DNA of 64,000 nucleotides, from NCBI GenBank assembly GCA_000165345.1, contig CM000436.1:640001-704000 (forward strand). The letters run 5' to 3'. Under the pieces are notes generated by a model. It searched no databases, was not told the origin of the DNA, and saw nothing but the letters and a program-made list of their open reading frames with translations. The stretch's first letter is position 1, and each line of letters begins with the position of its first letter. The translations under genes were made by a program, and so were the position numbers. Below are positions 49,105-62,600 of this stretch, piece by piece.

Positions 49105-51741
49105 CTAATAGAAATCAATTAAATCGTGTTGATTAATTGAATTTGAAGCTAACCTCGAAAAAATGTGGCAATAACTCTGAACAGGGAATAAGCTAGCCAG
49201 AAATACATCTAACTTAGAAACCAAGTTCAGTTGGTTGCCGCATAAATTGAATAGTAGATTTCTTTGTTGAAATTTACTAGCAATAAAAATCTCCAGCAAT
49301 AGTGAAAGAGTCAAAAGATTTTCCCAGGTAAAATTGTTTTTGTTTAATATATCTTCTAAAATTTCTTGATCAAAAACGGATAGTTCATTAATGTTCTCAA
49401 TTGCAAGTTTAATAAGACCAGAAGTGGGGAAATGAACACTTTCTCGCTCACCTTGAAAGTTGTCTGACTCTATGAAAGATTTAAAAGAGCAAACCAACCC
49501 AAAAACGTTCTTCCATTCTATTAAAGAGTAAATAAGACGCCTAAAACCTGTTAAACTCTCATCTGCTTCTATATTTGGGTTTCCACTATCTAATACAAAC
49601 TCCATAATGTTTAGTGCAGATTTCATTGGCCTAATGTTACTGGAAACAAAGGCTGAAAGTAACTTTACGTCATTGCCAAGAAATGACAATCCAAGCAGAA
49701 TTTCTAAGTGTTCATTATTCTCTTTAAATCTAAAAATCTTATGGTATGAATCTGACTTGCTTTTCATAATTGCTTTTCTAAGAATAGAAATAACCTCTAC
49801 TGATTGGTTAATAGACCATGAATATAATACATTTGAAAAGTTAGTTAAGTTGTTTTTAGCAAATTCAAATAATCGTTTTTCAATTCCATTTTTGGTATAG
49901 ATATCAATAATGTTGAAAAACAAATTTATATCATTTCTATCCAGATTCTGAAAGTCCTGAATAGTTTTAATCGAATTCAATGCAATCCAAAGAGAAGTAG
50001 GTTTTGTAGATTTTGACTCAGGAGGCAATAAAGTGAGCCTCTTTAGTACATGAAGGTGCATTTGAGGAGTTTTCAAAATTGAATGTAAATTATTACTAAG
50101 GTAATTAAACACTCCCTCATACCAACAAGTGTAATTTACTTTAACGATATTCTGGTTTCCATTAGAGTCGCAAGCAAATGTTTTAATTGTGAAAGACATA
50201 CAGCTGTACCAATCATCTGGTAAATTTGTTATATTTTCGTTAGGTTTAATCCCAAGTACAGGAGGAAAAAAAAAGGGGAGACCAAAAAAGATGAATTGGT
50301 CCATATTCCTTAAAATGAAGTTATCTGAAGCCAAATTGCTTTCTTTTTTATATTTCAATACGGTTTTAGAACAACTTTTCTCACTCAAAAATATTGAGTC
50401 TATAATATTTTTGATCAGCTGTTCTTCTTTCTCAATATCTCTTACTTTAAGTGAATCTGAAAATATTCTACTATGTATCTTCAGAATTTCATTAGTTCTT
50501 TGACTTGAAGAGCTGAACTCAGATTCGTCAATATATATTAATGGAGCATCTCCATAAAGTAAGGATGCTAAATCTCTATAATTTGTCTTGTTAGAAAACT
50601 TTTTACCGTAGCTATCATCGCTTAAATGACTACTATAGTTTAAAAAAGACTTTTGAAAACCGTTGAAAAAATTATTAAAAACATTGACATAAATCTGATT
50701 GTTTGATTCCCAAATAACCCCTAACTGTCCATTTTCAAATACTTTGCATGATAGAATATGACAGAGTTTACCAGCATTCCCAATTGTTGATAATTTATCA
50801 AAGTGATATTCGCAAGCTCTTGAATCAATCTTAACTTTTAGCAAAGATAAATTTTTCAAACCAAAATGCTTTTCATCATCCTGTATTATATATATCAACT
50901 CGAATTGATCGCCATTAATTAATGTTTCATAAGATACTAAGTTATTTATCGATAAATTAAGGGATTTATTGCTTCTTTCTTCATCAATATCTAATATATA
51001 TACCTGTTTTAATTGAAAATCAGAAATTCGTTCTTTGTCTCCTTGTGGAAATTCTAGTTTAAAAATTTCATTGAAGCATGAAAAATAGAATCTTCCTAGT
51101 GATGTAACACAGCATTCTCCTAGCTCCCCATCAAAATCAGGTGTTACTTGTTTGTAATACCTCAATTTAAAGTCTGTTTCATTGATATTAAGGTTTTCCA
51201 TTGAATTTTGAGATTCATTTATCTGGCAAATAGCCTCAAAAGAACTATATTGAAAGTTTGAGATCAAGAATATATCTGAATCAGTCATTACTATCACAAT
51301 CAATATGCTGTTGTTCACTTTAAAAGCAGATACTTTTTTAATCAATCTTCCCACAAGAACCATGCAATTAAACAGAAAGCTTTTCCCATCGCAAAGAGAA
51401 TAAATCTCAACCCCACCATCTTTGTCTTCTATGAAAATTAGATCTCCATAATTTATTTCTTCGTTGAAACTTTTATCTTGATTAATATTTCGGTTACGTA
51501 CAAGATTTATATTTCTTACAGACTTAATACCATTTTTAAATGTTTTAATATGCGAATGGCCGCTAAGTGAGTCGTATATTTCCAAATAATGTTCGCTTGA
51601 CAATTCTTTATATTCTTTCAATGTGATGATGTACGCTCCAGATTGAGAATATCTAGAGTACGGTCTTACTAATGAACTGTCTGAAAATGAACCGCTTCCA
51701 AGCGAAGAACCACTGAATTTAGTTTCCTCAAGTCTTAACAT
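49105..51741 (-). CDS. Hypothetical 878-aa protein; possibly a beta-propeller N-terminus with a helical C-terminus
   Basis: ATG at 51741 opens a long uninterrupted ORF. No confident family call. Confidence 0.45.
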   Translation of the reverse strand: MLRLEETKFSGSSLGSGSFSDSSLVRPYSRYSQSGAYIITLKEYKELSSEHYLEIYDSLSGHSHIKTFKNGIKSVRNINLVRNRNINQDKSFNEEINYGDLIFIEDKDGGVEIYSLCDGKSFLFNCMVLVGRLIKKVSAFKVNNSILIVIVMTDSDIFLISNFQYSSFEAICQINESQNSMENLNINETDFKLRYYKQVTPDFDGELGECCVTSLGRFYFSCFNEIFKLEFPQGDKERISDFQLKQVYILDIDEERSNKSLNLSINNLVSYETLINGDQFELIYIIQDDEKHFGLKNLSLLKVKIDSRACEYHFDKLSTIGNAGKLCHILSCKVFENGQLGVIWESNNQIYVNVFNNFFNGFQKSFLNYSSHLSDDSYGKKFSNKTNYRDLASLLYGDAPLIYIDESEFSSSSQRTNEILKIHSRIFSDSLKVRDIEKEEQLIKNIIDSIFLSEKSCSKTVLKYKKESNLASDNFILRNMDQFIFFGLPFFFPPVLGIKPNENITNLPDDWYSCMSFTIKTFACDSNGNQNIVKVNYTCWYEGVFNYLSNNLHSILKTPQMHLHVLKRLTLLPPESKSTKPTSLWIALNSIKTIQDFQNLDRNDINLFFNIIDIYTKNGIEKRLFEFAKNNLTNFSNVLYSWSINQSVEVISILRKAIMKSKSDSYHKIFRFKENNEHLEILLGLSFLGNDVKLLSAFVSSNIRPMKSALNIMEFVLDSGNPNIEADESLTGFRRLIYSLIEWKNVFGLVCSFKSFIESDNFQGERESVHFPTSGLIKLAIENINELSVFDQEILEDILNKNNFTWENLLTLSLLLEIFIASKFQQRNLLFNLCGNQLNLVSKLDVFLASLFPVQSYCHIFSRLASNSINQHDLIDFY

Positions 51742-51977
51742 ATTGTTTTCATCCAGAAAAAGCCGTTAAAACAACAAGGAAGAATAATGACTAAGTATTT
51801 AATTCATCTAAAGCAAAATATTTTTTGAAAATAATTTATACCGGTAAAAATCAGCATACGTATATTACATGAAATATTGGGGAGCTGACAAAATTGTTAA
51901 ATTAATTGAAAAGAAAATCAAAAATAAAGTGTAAAATATTGGTAACAGCTTGATAAAAAGATTTATGTTTTTATTTA

Positions 51978-52706
51978 ATGCAATCTATAACGCATAGATT
52001 AGCAGACCAATTCAGAAGTGTGGTGGGAAACTTTATCCCAATTGACTGTTCCAACTCCAAATTTGAATCTGATGGATTTCTAACTCCTAAAGAATTTGTT
52101 GATTCTGGGGACTATTTGATTCTTCAATTCCCGAACTGGTTTTGGAGAAGCGCTTCTGAAGAATATATTGTGAGGTGGCTTCCTCAAAATAAGCAATATC
52201 TGCATATAGATAACGTACCATGTAGAAAGAGACTTGACTCTTCTAAACTTTGTATTTCAAAAAACTGTCTCGATATTACATCAGATAGTAAAGGAGATGA
52301 ATGGATTTTACCCACAAACGAAAATGTAGAAAAGCTCGGTAACATCAATATAAATGATGATGTCAGATATTATGACATTAGTGTTACATATGACAAATTC
52401 TTTCAAACCCCAAGAATATGGCTTTTTGGATACAATAAGGAGGGATATCCTTTAAGTACTGAGGAAATGGTTGAAGATATCATTAGCGATTACGCAACTA
52501 AAACAATCACACTAGATCCCCATCCATTTACGGGAATATTATGTGTGTCTATTCACCCTTGTAACCACTCAAGCTTGCTTAAAAAAATGGCCAAGAACCA
52601 TCCGCCGCACCTTTCAATAGTTATATTACTGAAATTCATTACTACTGTTATTCCATCAATTGAGTTAGACAATACAATAGATATCGATATTAAGTTTGAT
52701 ACATAG
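51978..52706 (+). CDS. ATG3: Autophagy E2-like conjugating enzyme Atg3
   Basis: ATG at 51978. MQSITHRLADQFRSVVGNFIPIDCSNSKFESDGFLTPKEFVDSGDYLILQFPNWFW...YLHIDNVPCRKR aligns with the human ATG3 N-terminus (MQNVINTVKG...[22 protein letters not shown]...FLVTKNVPCYKR). The catalytic HPC motif is present (VSIHPCNHS). Confidence 0.8.
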   Translation: MQSITHRLADQFRSVVGNFIPIDCSNSKFESDGFLTPKEFVDSGDYLILQFPNWFWRSASEEYIVRWLPQNKQYLHIDNVPCRKRLDSSKLCISKNCLDITSDSKGDEWILPTNENVEKLGNININDDVRYYDISVTYDKFFQTPRIWLFGYNKEGYPLSTEEMVEDIISDYATKTITLDPHPFTGILCVSIHPCNHSSLLKKMAKNHPPHLSIVILLKFITTVIPSIELDNTIDIDIKFDT

Positions 52707-52733
52707 TTTATTCTTTAAACTTCAATTATTTCT

Positions 52734-53348
52734 CTAGTCTAATAAATTCTGTATACCTTCTTGAACTTCAGACTTAACTGCAGAATCACACTGAATCTGA
52801 TCAAGAACTTCTTGGTCTCTTTTTAAAAACTTCTTAACTACCAGAAAGTTGCATCCTGCAATCGGACAGATTTTTTTTTTGCTACTACCCAAATACTTAA
52901 GAAGGGCGTCCTTCTCGTAAATATGATTTTTGCACATATTCTCAACCTTTTCTGATGTGTCATATCTGTGTGATACAGGGTCCTTGAAAACATCTCTAGT
53001 CAAGCAACATACTTTAGGAAGAACTTTTCTTGATACTACAGAAACCTGGTCTTTTTCTTTATTTCTTCGTGTATTGCATGTTAACTCTAATCGTGCCATC
53101 AACATTTCTTTGAAATATTCAAACTCCGCACTCGGGGAATTAAAATTCTCAAATTGCTGATCATTTTCTCCATATAAAACACTTTTGATCCACAACTTCA
53201 TTCTTTCAAAGCTTACAAACAACTCATATAATTTTTTTCTTTCATCTTGACTCAAGTTTTCACCCAGCTTATATTTCTCTGATAATGAATCGTATTTTAT
53301 TGAAAGCCCATTCAAGCTATTCAAATAATTCCTAAGAATATCGTCCAT
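52734..53348 (-). CDS. NSE2: NSE2/MMS21-type SP-RING SUMO ligase of the SMC5/6 complex
   Basis: ATG at 53348. SP-RING region: CCLTRDVFKDPVSHRYDTSEKVENMCKNHIYEKDALLKYLGSSKKKICPIAGCNFLV. This follows the Mms21 pattern CPxTxxxxxxPVxxxxCxHxFExxAIxxYLxxxxxxxCPxxGC. The stop lies only 27 bp from the ATG3 stop (convergent genes). Confidence 0.6.
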   Translation of the reverse strand: MDDILRNYLNSLNGLSIKYDSLSEKYKLGENLSQDERKKLYELFVSFERMKLWIKSVLYGENDQQFENFNSPSAEFEYFKEMLMARLELTCNTRRNKEKDQVSVVSRKVLPKVCCLTRDVFKDPVSHRYDTSEKVENMCKNHIYEKDALLKYLGSSKKKICPIAGCNFLVVKKFLKRDQEVLDQIQCDSAVKSEVQEGIQNLLD

Positions 53349-53622
53349 ATTTTTCTTAAAATTTCATTTTAGTAATATTCCTATTCTTAATTTCATGTTC
53401 CCACACAAAATATTTTTTTAGTAAAACTTCCAAATTACCGGCATTAACACGTTTCAATACGTCTCATATACCGGTATGCATGTCACATGCAAGAGTACTA
53501 AACAACTAAAAAAAATATATTTATTACTAAACTTTTTAAACATAAACTTAAATTAATAACTAAAAAATATGATTATATTCTAATAACTCCAAATAAATCA
53601 GGCCAACGCTTATCGATACTTT

Positions 53623-56600
53623 TTATGGTTTAAAAGAAATATAGACTAAATTGGCAAGAGCCTTTGCAAAACGGTGCCTGCTTGGAGACTGAGATTGAGC
53701 CACAAAAGTTGATATTTGCTTGCATATGGCAGCAACTAATGACTCTAATGAAAGCAACTTATCAATTGTTGCCATTAACTCCTCATTATCCAAACAGTTT
53801 GAAAGTTGTTCTCCGCTCAAGTGCTCTTCTAAATGAAAATCCGAATCTAGGTTAGAGTTTGTGCCTGAAATGGCGTCAACCTTAGAAATTTCTTTACATG
53901 CCATAAGCATGAACACTTCAGACGTGTATAAATGTTGAAATAGTTCAGTAGAAATGTATTTAATAAAAGTAGAAGCTAAGATGGCAGAAATTCCTTCTAT
54001 CTCTGCATTAATTTCTTCATTATCCTCTTTGTACTTTTCTAAGCTTTTAAATATGCTAGGATACTTTATATATTCAGAAATTAGCTCCATTTTTTTAATG
54101 TTTATTTGTTGTTCCAAACTTTCAGGCAGTCTATCGTCCTTTGGGATGAAGCTCAAAGAAACCGGCGAATTTAAGTCTTTATTTGTATTTTTAGAAGCGT
54201 CTTCCAAAAAGAACTCATTAGAAGAGTTCATATCCATTCTTTCATGACCAGAAGTATCTACTTTTCTAGATTCGAGCTCTTCAATTGTATTCAAAGAATT
54301 TGAACTCGATAAGTTATGCCCTAGCTTTTTTTTGTTAGAACAATTCTTGATATCCGTTGTTTCTTTGGATAACTCTGGCTCTATAGCTAAATCTGTGGCT
54401 TTTGCAACTTTTCTGGGTCCATCAAAGTCATCTTTTATAGCTCCTAATGCCTTATTATTGTTCCATAGAGTATTAAACCTAGATAAAGCTGTCTTTGCGA
54501 AAGTTGGAATTGAAATCATCCCAGAATTTGGAGAGTAGTTGCTAAATGAAAAGTGGTTACTTTGCGAATCAGAATACGGAGAAGAGTTTAAATCTGAAGT
54601 TTCAATATCTTTGTTTAGGAAGCTCTTTTGTCCCAAGACTCCAATCCCAACATTTGAGTCAAAGTAATCATTTACCATCTCGCCAAAAATGTTCCTATTA
54701 AACAGTAAATGCTGAGTCTCTGCCTCCTTTCTTATTCTATCCAGCTCCTTTGGAATTGTTGAAAAAGCTGTTTCTGTTATTTCCCAAACTTCCTTTGGGA
54801 AATAATAACGGCATTTATTCAAATACATATGGCAATCATCTATTTTTCTTCCTAGTTCCTTTAGAGTTAACTTGCTTAGTTTTGTTCCAAATCCTGTGAA
54901 ATCTTTCTCGCTCCTATCATGGCGATCCGAAACAGAAACAATCATATTTTTCCCACTTCCCCTTCTGAAATTTTGGTCAGACCTTTGGTATTCTGGCTTC
55001 AATTTCAAGGATCCATCCCTCAAAATCTCTGAATAAATAATGAAAGGAACTATGCAGTTTAGAAATTGCTGATAACTATTTGTTTCTACTGGATTAAGAA
55101 TAGGCAACAAGTAGTCATTTAATACTTCGCATTCACCTGAATACTTAATCTGGATAAACTTGTTTGAAGGATTGGCTTCACTACTTAAATTCGAATCAGT
55201 GATTCCGTTATGGAATATGTCCATTATTGTGCTAACTCCATCTTTAATTATTGTTTTGGAGATCTTACTATATTTACTTGGTAAAATATATTGATACATA
55301 TCATCGCCAAATAACTCATAAGATAAAGCAATGCTATCAACATTAATTACCTGAATATTATCTGCATTCGGCCTTTCGTCAGTCTGTAACCTACTATCAA
55401 TTCTTCTCAATGAGTCACTACTAGATAACTTTTCTGTATTTATTCCAGAAAGGCTTTTCGAGATCCTGACCTTGTTCATTGATGTGGGGCTCAAATTCGT
55501 GGAGATTGGCGAGCCTATTGAATTTTGATACCCCATTAAAGACAATGAGGAAGAGTTCTGAACAATCAGATCATCAAGAATCATCTTCCTATGGATTTCG
55601 TTAACGACTTTTGACCACTCATGTTCATCCAAAATTATTGACAAAATGAGTTGCACTGACCTCCAAACTGACCTACTCAGCTCTAGAGTAGGACCTTCTA
55701 GCCTAACTAAGAGAGGAATCAAAAGCTTTTTTATGCTAGATCTTAATTGTTCAATTTCTCCCAGAGATGGTTTCATCTTCTCCCAATTCTGCTTTATTAA
55801 AATCAAAATATCTAGCAAAAGGTACATTTTTTGGCTAGTTATATTCATATCCATGTCACTATTTGTGATGAAATCAACAAATATTTCCGGAATTTTATTC
55901 TTACATGTCAGAGCTTTAGAGAGTTCTTCAGATTCAAATACAGCAGTTTGGAAGCTTTCAACTTGTACCTGGCCATCATAAGATTCTCCTTGAGATAAAA
56001 ATAGTAGTTCAATGAATTCTATGTAAAAAGAATCCCCTTCTTCTGTACCAGTTGGAACTCTTTCTTCTTGAACATACTTAAGATATATTGTAGGATGATC
56101 TGGAATAAATTGAAGAGAAAATCCTATACTTATTTTTGAAATTAAGCAAACCAAGTATCTAAGACAAACAAGGCACTCCTTCAAATAATCTGCAAATACT
56201 AATCTATTTCTTGTAGTAATTGGAGTTTCTGTTAAATCAAATTTATCCAAACTCGATTTTCTTCTTCCAAACTCTTCCGGATCAATTTCATTTGAGCTTT
56301 CCCCCCCGCTTAAATCTGTAAATGAATTTGACATAGAATCATTTTCATCAGTATCCTTATTAATTGATTCATCAGAATTTTCTTTTTCATGTTCGCTGAC
56401 TCCTAGTTTAATTCTGTTTCTAAAATCTGCATTATCTTCATCATCAGTTCCATTTCTAGATTTATATTCCTCAAAGGTATCAAAATCTCTAGAGCCATTA
56501 AATTCTTCTCGACTTTCGTTAAGTTCTTGGTAATTTTTTTCTTTCAATCTAAAACCTCTCAGATTTAGATTTCCCCTAGCAGTTTTATTTGTTTCTCTTC

Positions 56601-59600
56601 TAAACAGTGAACTTCCTATCACGTTTGTAAAGCAAATATTTACAAACTTGAGTAGAAAGTCTTTGCTCGGGTATCTTCTTGATTCTAAGCAATACCAAAA
56701 GTACCATTGGAAAAATATAAACCCACTCTTTTTTGAATATGGGTTATTTGAAGTCTTGATAATATTCAAAATGCAATCTAAGAAATCCAAATTATAAATA
56801 TTGTCTGGATTATTCTCGTCAGAAGAGACATGGATTTCCGAGTTCGACTCTTCAGTAGCTTTCTCATAAGGCTTTGTGTATTTCATGAAATCCTTATAGT
56901 AAATGCCTAAAGGAGTTGGGGCAAGTAGAATTAATGCACTCATACTGTAAATTGAATTCACTCTTTTTAAGAAAGGCTTAATAAAAGAGATCATGGATGT
57001 TGTGATGTCTGGGTTATGAATGAATAAATAGCACAAAAGCTTTCCAATAGCATAATCAAATTCGTTTGGCTTTATTAATGATAACTTAAGTTGGTTCGCG
57101 TCAAAGAATGTTAGAATTGCGTCCGAATCATTTAAAGCAAGGAACAATGATCTCAAAGCGTTGCTGCTTTCTAAAGCTCCCATATTGATGTATCCCAATG
57201 TTGAACAGCATCTTAAAAGAATGGTTGAAATAAGCTCTGGAAAATGTCGCTTTGCAAGAATTTTAATTGCTGAATCATTTGTCTGAAGAAGGATATCCAA
57301 AGCAAGAGTACTAGACCGAACATTAATATGTTCACTAGATAATATTGAAAATATTGAAAATGGAAAGAGTAAAGACTTATTTGCCAAAGAGAAGGAACCT
57401 GCTGAAGCAACGCCGCCAGCACTAGCAGCAATCCCCATAGAGAAAGTGCCACTAACTACTATTCCAGTTCCAATAAGATTTGTAACAGAATTATGCGTAG
57501 GAGACATTGCAGTGTTTAAAGGTGCTTGAGTACTAGAGTTAGTGCTTGAAATATTAATATTTGAAGACGAAAGTATTTTAATGCACAATTTCTCATTCAT
57601 CTCAATTATATCCAAGTACTTCTGCTCAGTGTTATTTAGCACGTCCGTAAGGTATCGGAAAGACTCCAACAAAAGGGATTTGTCCTTACCAATATAAGAG
57701 ATGGCTTTTGAGTAGATAGGATCTACTATGCAAATTACATTTATCATATTTTTTAGGCCTCTTACCATCGCTGAGTTTGCTGAGCCTTCTAAAGTATTCG
57801 TATTCGATTTTCCATTTTCCAATGGAATTTCCACTGTTGTCCATTCGCTGCTCAGACCTCCACTGTTATTTGTCAAAGCATCTCCAATGAAATCTCCGCT
57901 CAAAGAGTCATTAGCAACAATATGATTGATATACTTTTGAGGCTGGATACATTTCCTAAATATCTCTGATATAGCTGCCTGGAATTTGAAAGAAACAACA
58001 TTTCTTATGAGCAAATAGACAAAGTGCTGAAGTTCAGAATCTTTAATTGATGATATTTCTTCAAATAAAGATGAGACAATTTTGCAAGCAAATGATTCGC
58101 TTTCTAATATATTCTTGTTTATGGAAAAAAGAACTCTAACAGTCTCCACGCTGGAACGAGCAGTTATCTTATCTGCATCGTGGAATGATGGAAGGATATG
58201 TTGGCACAATGGTCTTAAACAGTACGCTGGAATGCAGCTCGCCAAATTATACAATAAGTCCAGATAAGTGGGCGGAAGAATCAGAGATTGGATATCTGAA
58301 AGTATTTTTTGTTGGTCCCCCGTTGGCTCGCCATTTATTCTTTTTTGATCGTTTTCAGATTCAACTTCCAAGTTATTAGAAAATGAAGCCCAAGACATTC
58401 TGTTATTTGAATACTTAAGGCTATCATCCGCTCCAAAATCAATCACCATTATTTGTGACAAATCAATTTTCTGAGTCCATATACATCTCTTCATACATTC
58501 TTTAATACATTCAAAGGCTATTAAGCGTACATATAGACAGGAATCACATGTTCTACCCAAAACTAGAGCTATACAATGCATCCAAGAAACCCATGTTCCT
58601 TTTGGTGGAACTCCTTCAGAGTTTTTATTATTAAACAAGACAGAATCATTTTCAGGCTTTTGGATGATTTGGGATTGCTGGAATATTTCAACAAGAGGGG
58701 CCTCACACAGCAAGCAATACACAACATGGATGCAAATGCACCTTAATACTGAAGAAGTTGATGTAGCTGCAAGTCCAAGTAGACCCTCAAGAAGATGAGT
58801 TAGTCCTGCCCAAGAAGGCATGTGCGACTTATATATGCTCAGATATAGCCTATCAAGAGATTCAAGTATTTTGAATACTGAAACCTCAGAGCTACTAGAT
58901 GGGACAGAAGAGTCTTCAATAATATTCATCATCTCTTCCAACCTGTATCCTCCATCAATAATATTCAATGAAGGAGTTGGAAGATTGAATGTATCAATAT
59001 TCCTTTTGTAAAATATCGAGAAATCCTCTCTTGTTAAACATCTGAACTGAATCCTAGAAGATACAGTTACCAAAATAGTCAGACAAGAGCTAAGAACCAA
59101 AGGGATATGTTGCGGTAAAAGCGGAGAAGGGAATGATATTAGTGATATAGAAGCATCCAATGCATCTAGCAGAAGCTTATTAAAGACAACCGAATTTGCC
59201 TGGCTGTTTGTATTTCCAGTAGCGGAATTATTGTTACTATTTGATAAATTACCTGAACTAGAGATTAGACCACCACTAGTTCCAGTTGTTGTATTATTTC
59301 CTGTTGTATTTCCGCTTGTTGTATTGACATTTGAATTGTTTCCGGAATTCATTGTGTTAGCAGGGCCTATATTAGCACTCCCAGTAGCTGTGTTGTTTGA
59401 TGTATTAAGGTTAATATTACTCAAGTTCTTGGTTTGACCAGAAGTTCCAAGACTATTGGGGAAAGTATTGGATATTCCAGAAGGCTGTTGAGTTGAAGAT
59501 GATATATTCGAATTAATCTTTGAATCGACAGAAGTAAGTCCGCTTATTTCAGTGGAGCCACTACCCGAAAAAGAGTTAGTTTGTTTAAATGTGTCAGAAA

Positions 59601-62600
59601 GCCTCTTATTTCCATCATGAGAACTTTTTGACAGAGAATTACCATTCTGAATTCCGTTGTAATGGTATCTGGCCAATCCTATTTTAGCTCCGCCTGGTGA
59701 GATTTCAATAGAAGAACAGCTATCTCCAAAAGAACCATTCCTGCTGTTAATCCCCAAGCTATTCTTATTTTTCATATAGCTAAGGTTTGAAATCACATTC
59801 TTTAAGGCAGGGTTTGCAGAGATAGTGCTGCTGCCTAGATTGGGAGACATATCTAAAGATGAGCAGAAAACATCTGAAAAATTAACATTTCCAGAATCTG
59901 AAATCATATGTGGGTTTTCACTTAGAACCGATAAGACAGAAAGAGTCAAATTAAAAGGACCAAACTTTGCATCTTCGCTTTCCGAATATTGATTAGAGCC
60001 ACGTCCTAGCTTTTCTGAAGATGGAATTTCCCCACAAGGAGTATCAAAATCATTTATTGTGTTAATAGTTCCCAAATCTTCATGTGAATACTCCAGACTT
60101 TCAAAACTACCTATGGAAATATCTCTATACTTCACCATGCTTCTAATGTAGGAACCAGAGGGATCTGTGTGAATCCTTTGAGAAGAAATTGAACTAGATG
60201 TGCTGTATGGCATTCCAGATGCAGCCTTGAGCAATAACATAGAGTTTAGGGGAGCAGGTGGGAGTTCGATACTAGCTGAAAATACAATAATGGTGAGCAA
60301 ATATGGGAATATACGATCTCTAAAAGAGCTGAATAGTTCCAAGGAAATGTCTCCACAGTCAAGCCCATAAATACCCTTTTTGAGTTTGGTATTTCCTTCT
60401 CCAGAATGGAATCTACTGAGAACTGAATTAATTCTAGATGACAAAGTAAGCTCTTGATTACTCTCAGAAGAGGACAATGCCTGAAAAGCTACTTGGATTG
60501 CCTTCAATGCGGAGCATTGTAATTGTAATTCTTTCTCCTCCTTTACAGCAGTTTCTAGTACTTGAAGTATTTTTCTTACAGTTTCTGTGGCAGAATTGAA
60601 TAATAGAATTGGTACTTCTCCTATCGAATGACCAAGTGAAAGGATTAGTGTAGATCTGAGTTGTTCTGCTTGTACAACCGCTAATGATTTTCCGAAAAAG
60701 CTAAAAGCCCCAGAGCGCTTGTTCGCTGCATCTGACCTAATTAAATCCAATAGATACTCAGATATATGAACGAAATGGTTCTGGTGACTACTTGCATACC
60801 CAATACCCCTGCCACAGCTTCTTTGCAATATAGTTGAGTTGATTCCAATGGCATGGAAGAAATGTTGAAGATCAGAAAATCGCTTAGAAAGATCTTTGAA
60901 TATTTGAATCTCATTTGAACTTAATAAATCTTTGCTTAGTTCACCGCCGCTTCTACCCTGTGATCCAGCCAAACTCCCTCCAGATGCAGCTGCAACATTA
61001 GTCACGTTAGATTCATTTGAATTAATAATATCAGGAGTTAGTAGTCCATCAAGAATATTTGAAATAAGAGTTTCTCTCAAAAAGTTTAAATTTGTTTCCT
61101 CCGGCTTTTCAGAATCTGAAGATTCATGTGAGCTAATTTCTCTTAATAAAAGCCCTAATAGAGAATACATTCCTGCTCTCTGAAGCTCTGTAGGAGTTTC
61201 AGAACTTTTTTGTAATTTATCAGACCTAATGTCTTTGCAGGCAGAAAACAAAGCTAATAACAGATTGGTCAATGTATCGTTAACAATATCAGAGCTTTTA
61301 ATTCCGGCTTTATGTTCCTTCTCAGCTTCTCCAGTAGATGAATCTGTCTTTTTTGTTAGCAAGTCTTGCCTTTCAACTTGATTTAATGGACTGGATGAAA
61401 CTCCACCACCAGAAATCCCTGAAAATATATAGGAAATGCACTCATCAACAAGTGGAAACCAACAGTCAATATCAATTTTTGACGAGAGGTTAGATATTTC
61501 ACTTGCTTCATGTAATGAATTTGAGAATGTTTGAGCAGAAACGCAATTTTGAGAATCTTTAACTTTTGCGGGAGATATTATTGTGTCAGCTATCTCTATA
61601 AGTGATTGAAGTCGTTGGGAAGGAATACAAGCCCAAATACAGCTTGGAGTGGAAACTACCATTGGAGATATCCATTGAAGGCATTGGAGTGACCAATATG
61701 CGAGTACACCATTATAAATATGAGGATCATGTGCATACATGCAAAGCCAAATAAAAATTTTGAATGGGTCGCTAACTGTTAAATATTTCGTACTTTGAAA
61801 CTTAAATGCTCTGATAAACACCTCCGGTGTTGTCTTTCGATACAGGTTCTGGCAGGATTTAGACAGTGATTCGCAAACGGTAGGCATAGCAGATCCAAGC
61901 TTCAAGTGATTAACAGCGTCAATTAATAATGGCCACAGCAAATCTGGAACTAATGCTGTTAACTCTTCAGATAAAATTAACTGCGCATTACACCTGAGAT
62001 CCCAAAGGCTCGGAGGATAAATCACAGGTATTTTAGTTCCCTCGCACCCCTGAATTGTCTTAAGGTAATCTGCCTTTTGTCTTTGTAAATGTCTTAAGTG
62101 TTCATTCTTAGCTTTTTGTTCAGGAACTGCAAGCAATCTTAGAAAATATGTTAACATTTCTGCTGAAGAAGGGGATGGTGAAATCCAAATATCTTTATTT
62201 CCGCCTTTATTTGTTAAATGAATACCTTCTTGCTCTTCTGATTCATTCGCTCCTTGCTCAGTCTTTGAACTTCCTTTTCCTAAATCTTCAACAATAGAAC
62301 ATTCTGAAGTTGCGCCAATATGCAAAAATCCGTGTTGGGATAGCTCGCAAATTATTCTGCATAATATAAATGCTATCGAATAGTCCAATCCCTGTTCAAG
62401 AGTGGTTCTGGCGAGTCGAAACATAAGGCATCCAAAAGGCGAATTAGAGTTTTCTGCAACTGTAATCTCAGATTCACCGATTCTAGAAACTTTTTCAAAT
62501 GGAATATCTTCAATAACATTACTTAATATGAACATTGTCGAGAGACGATTAGCTGACTTTATATCAATATTTTCAAATAAAAACCTAATTACTGTTTCTC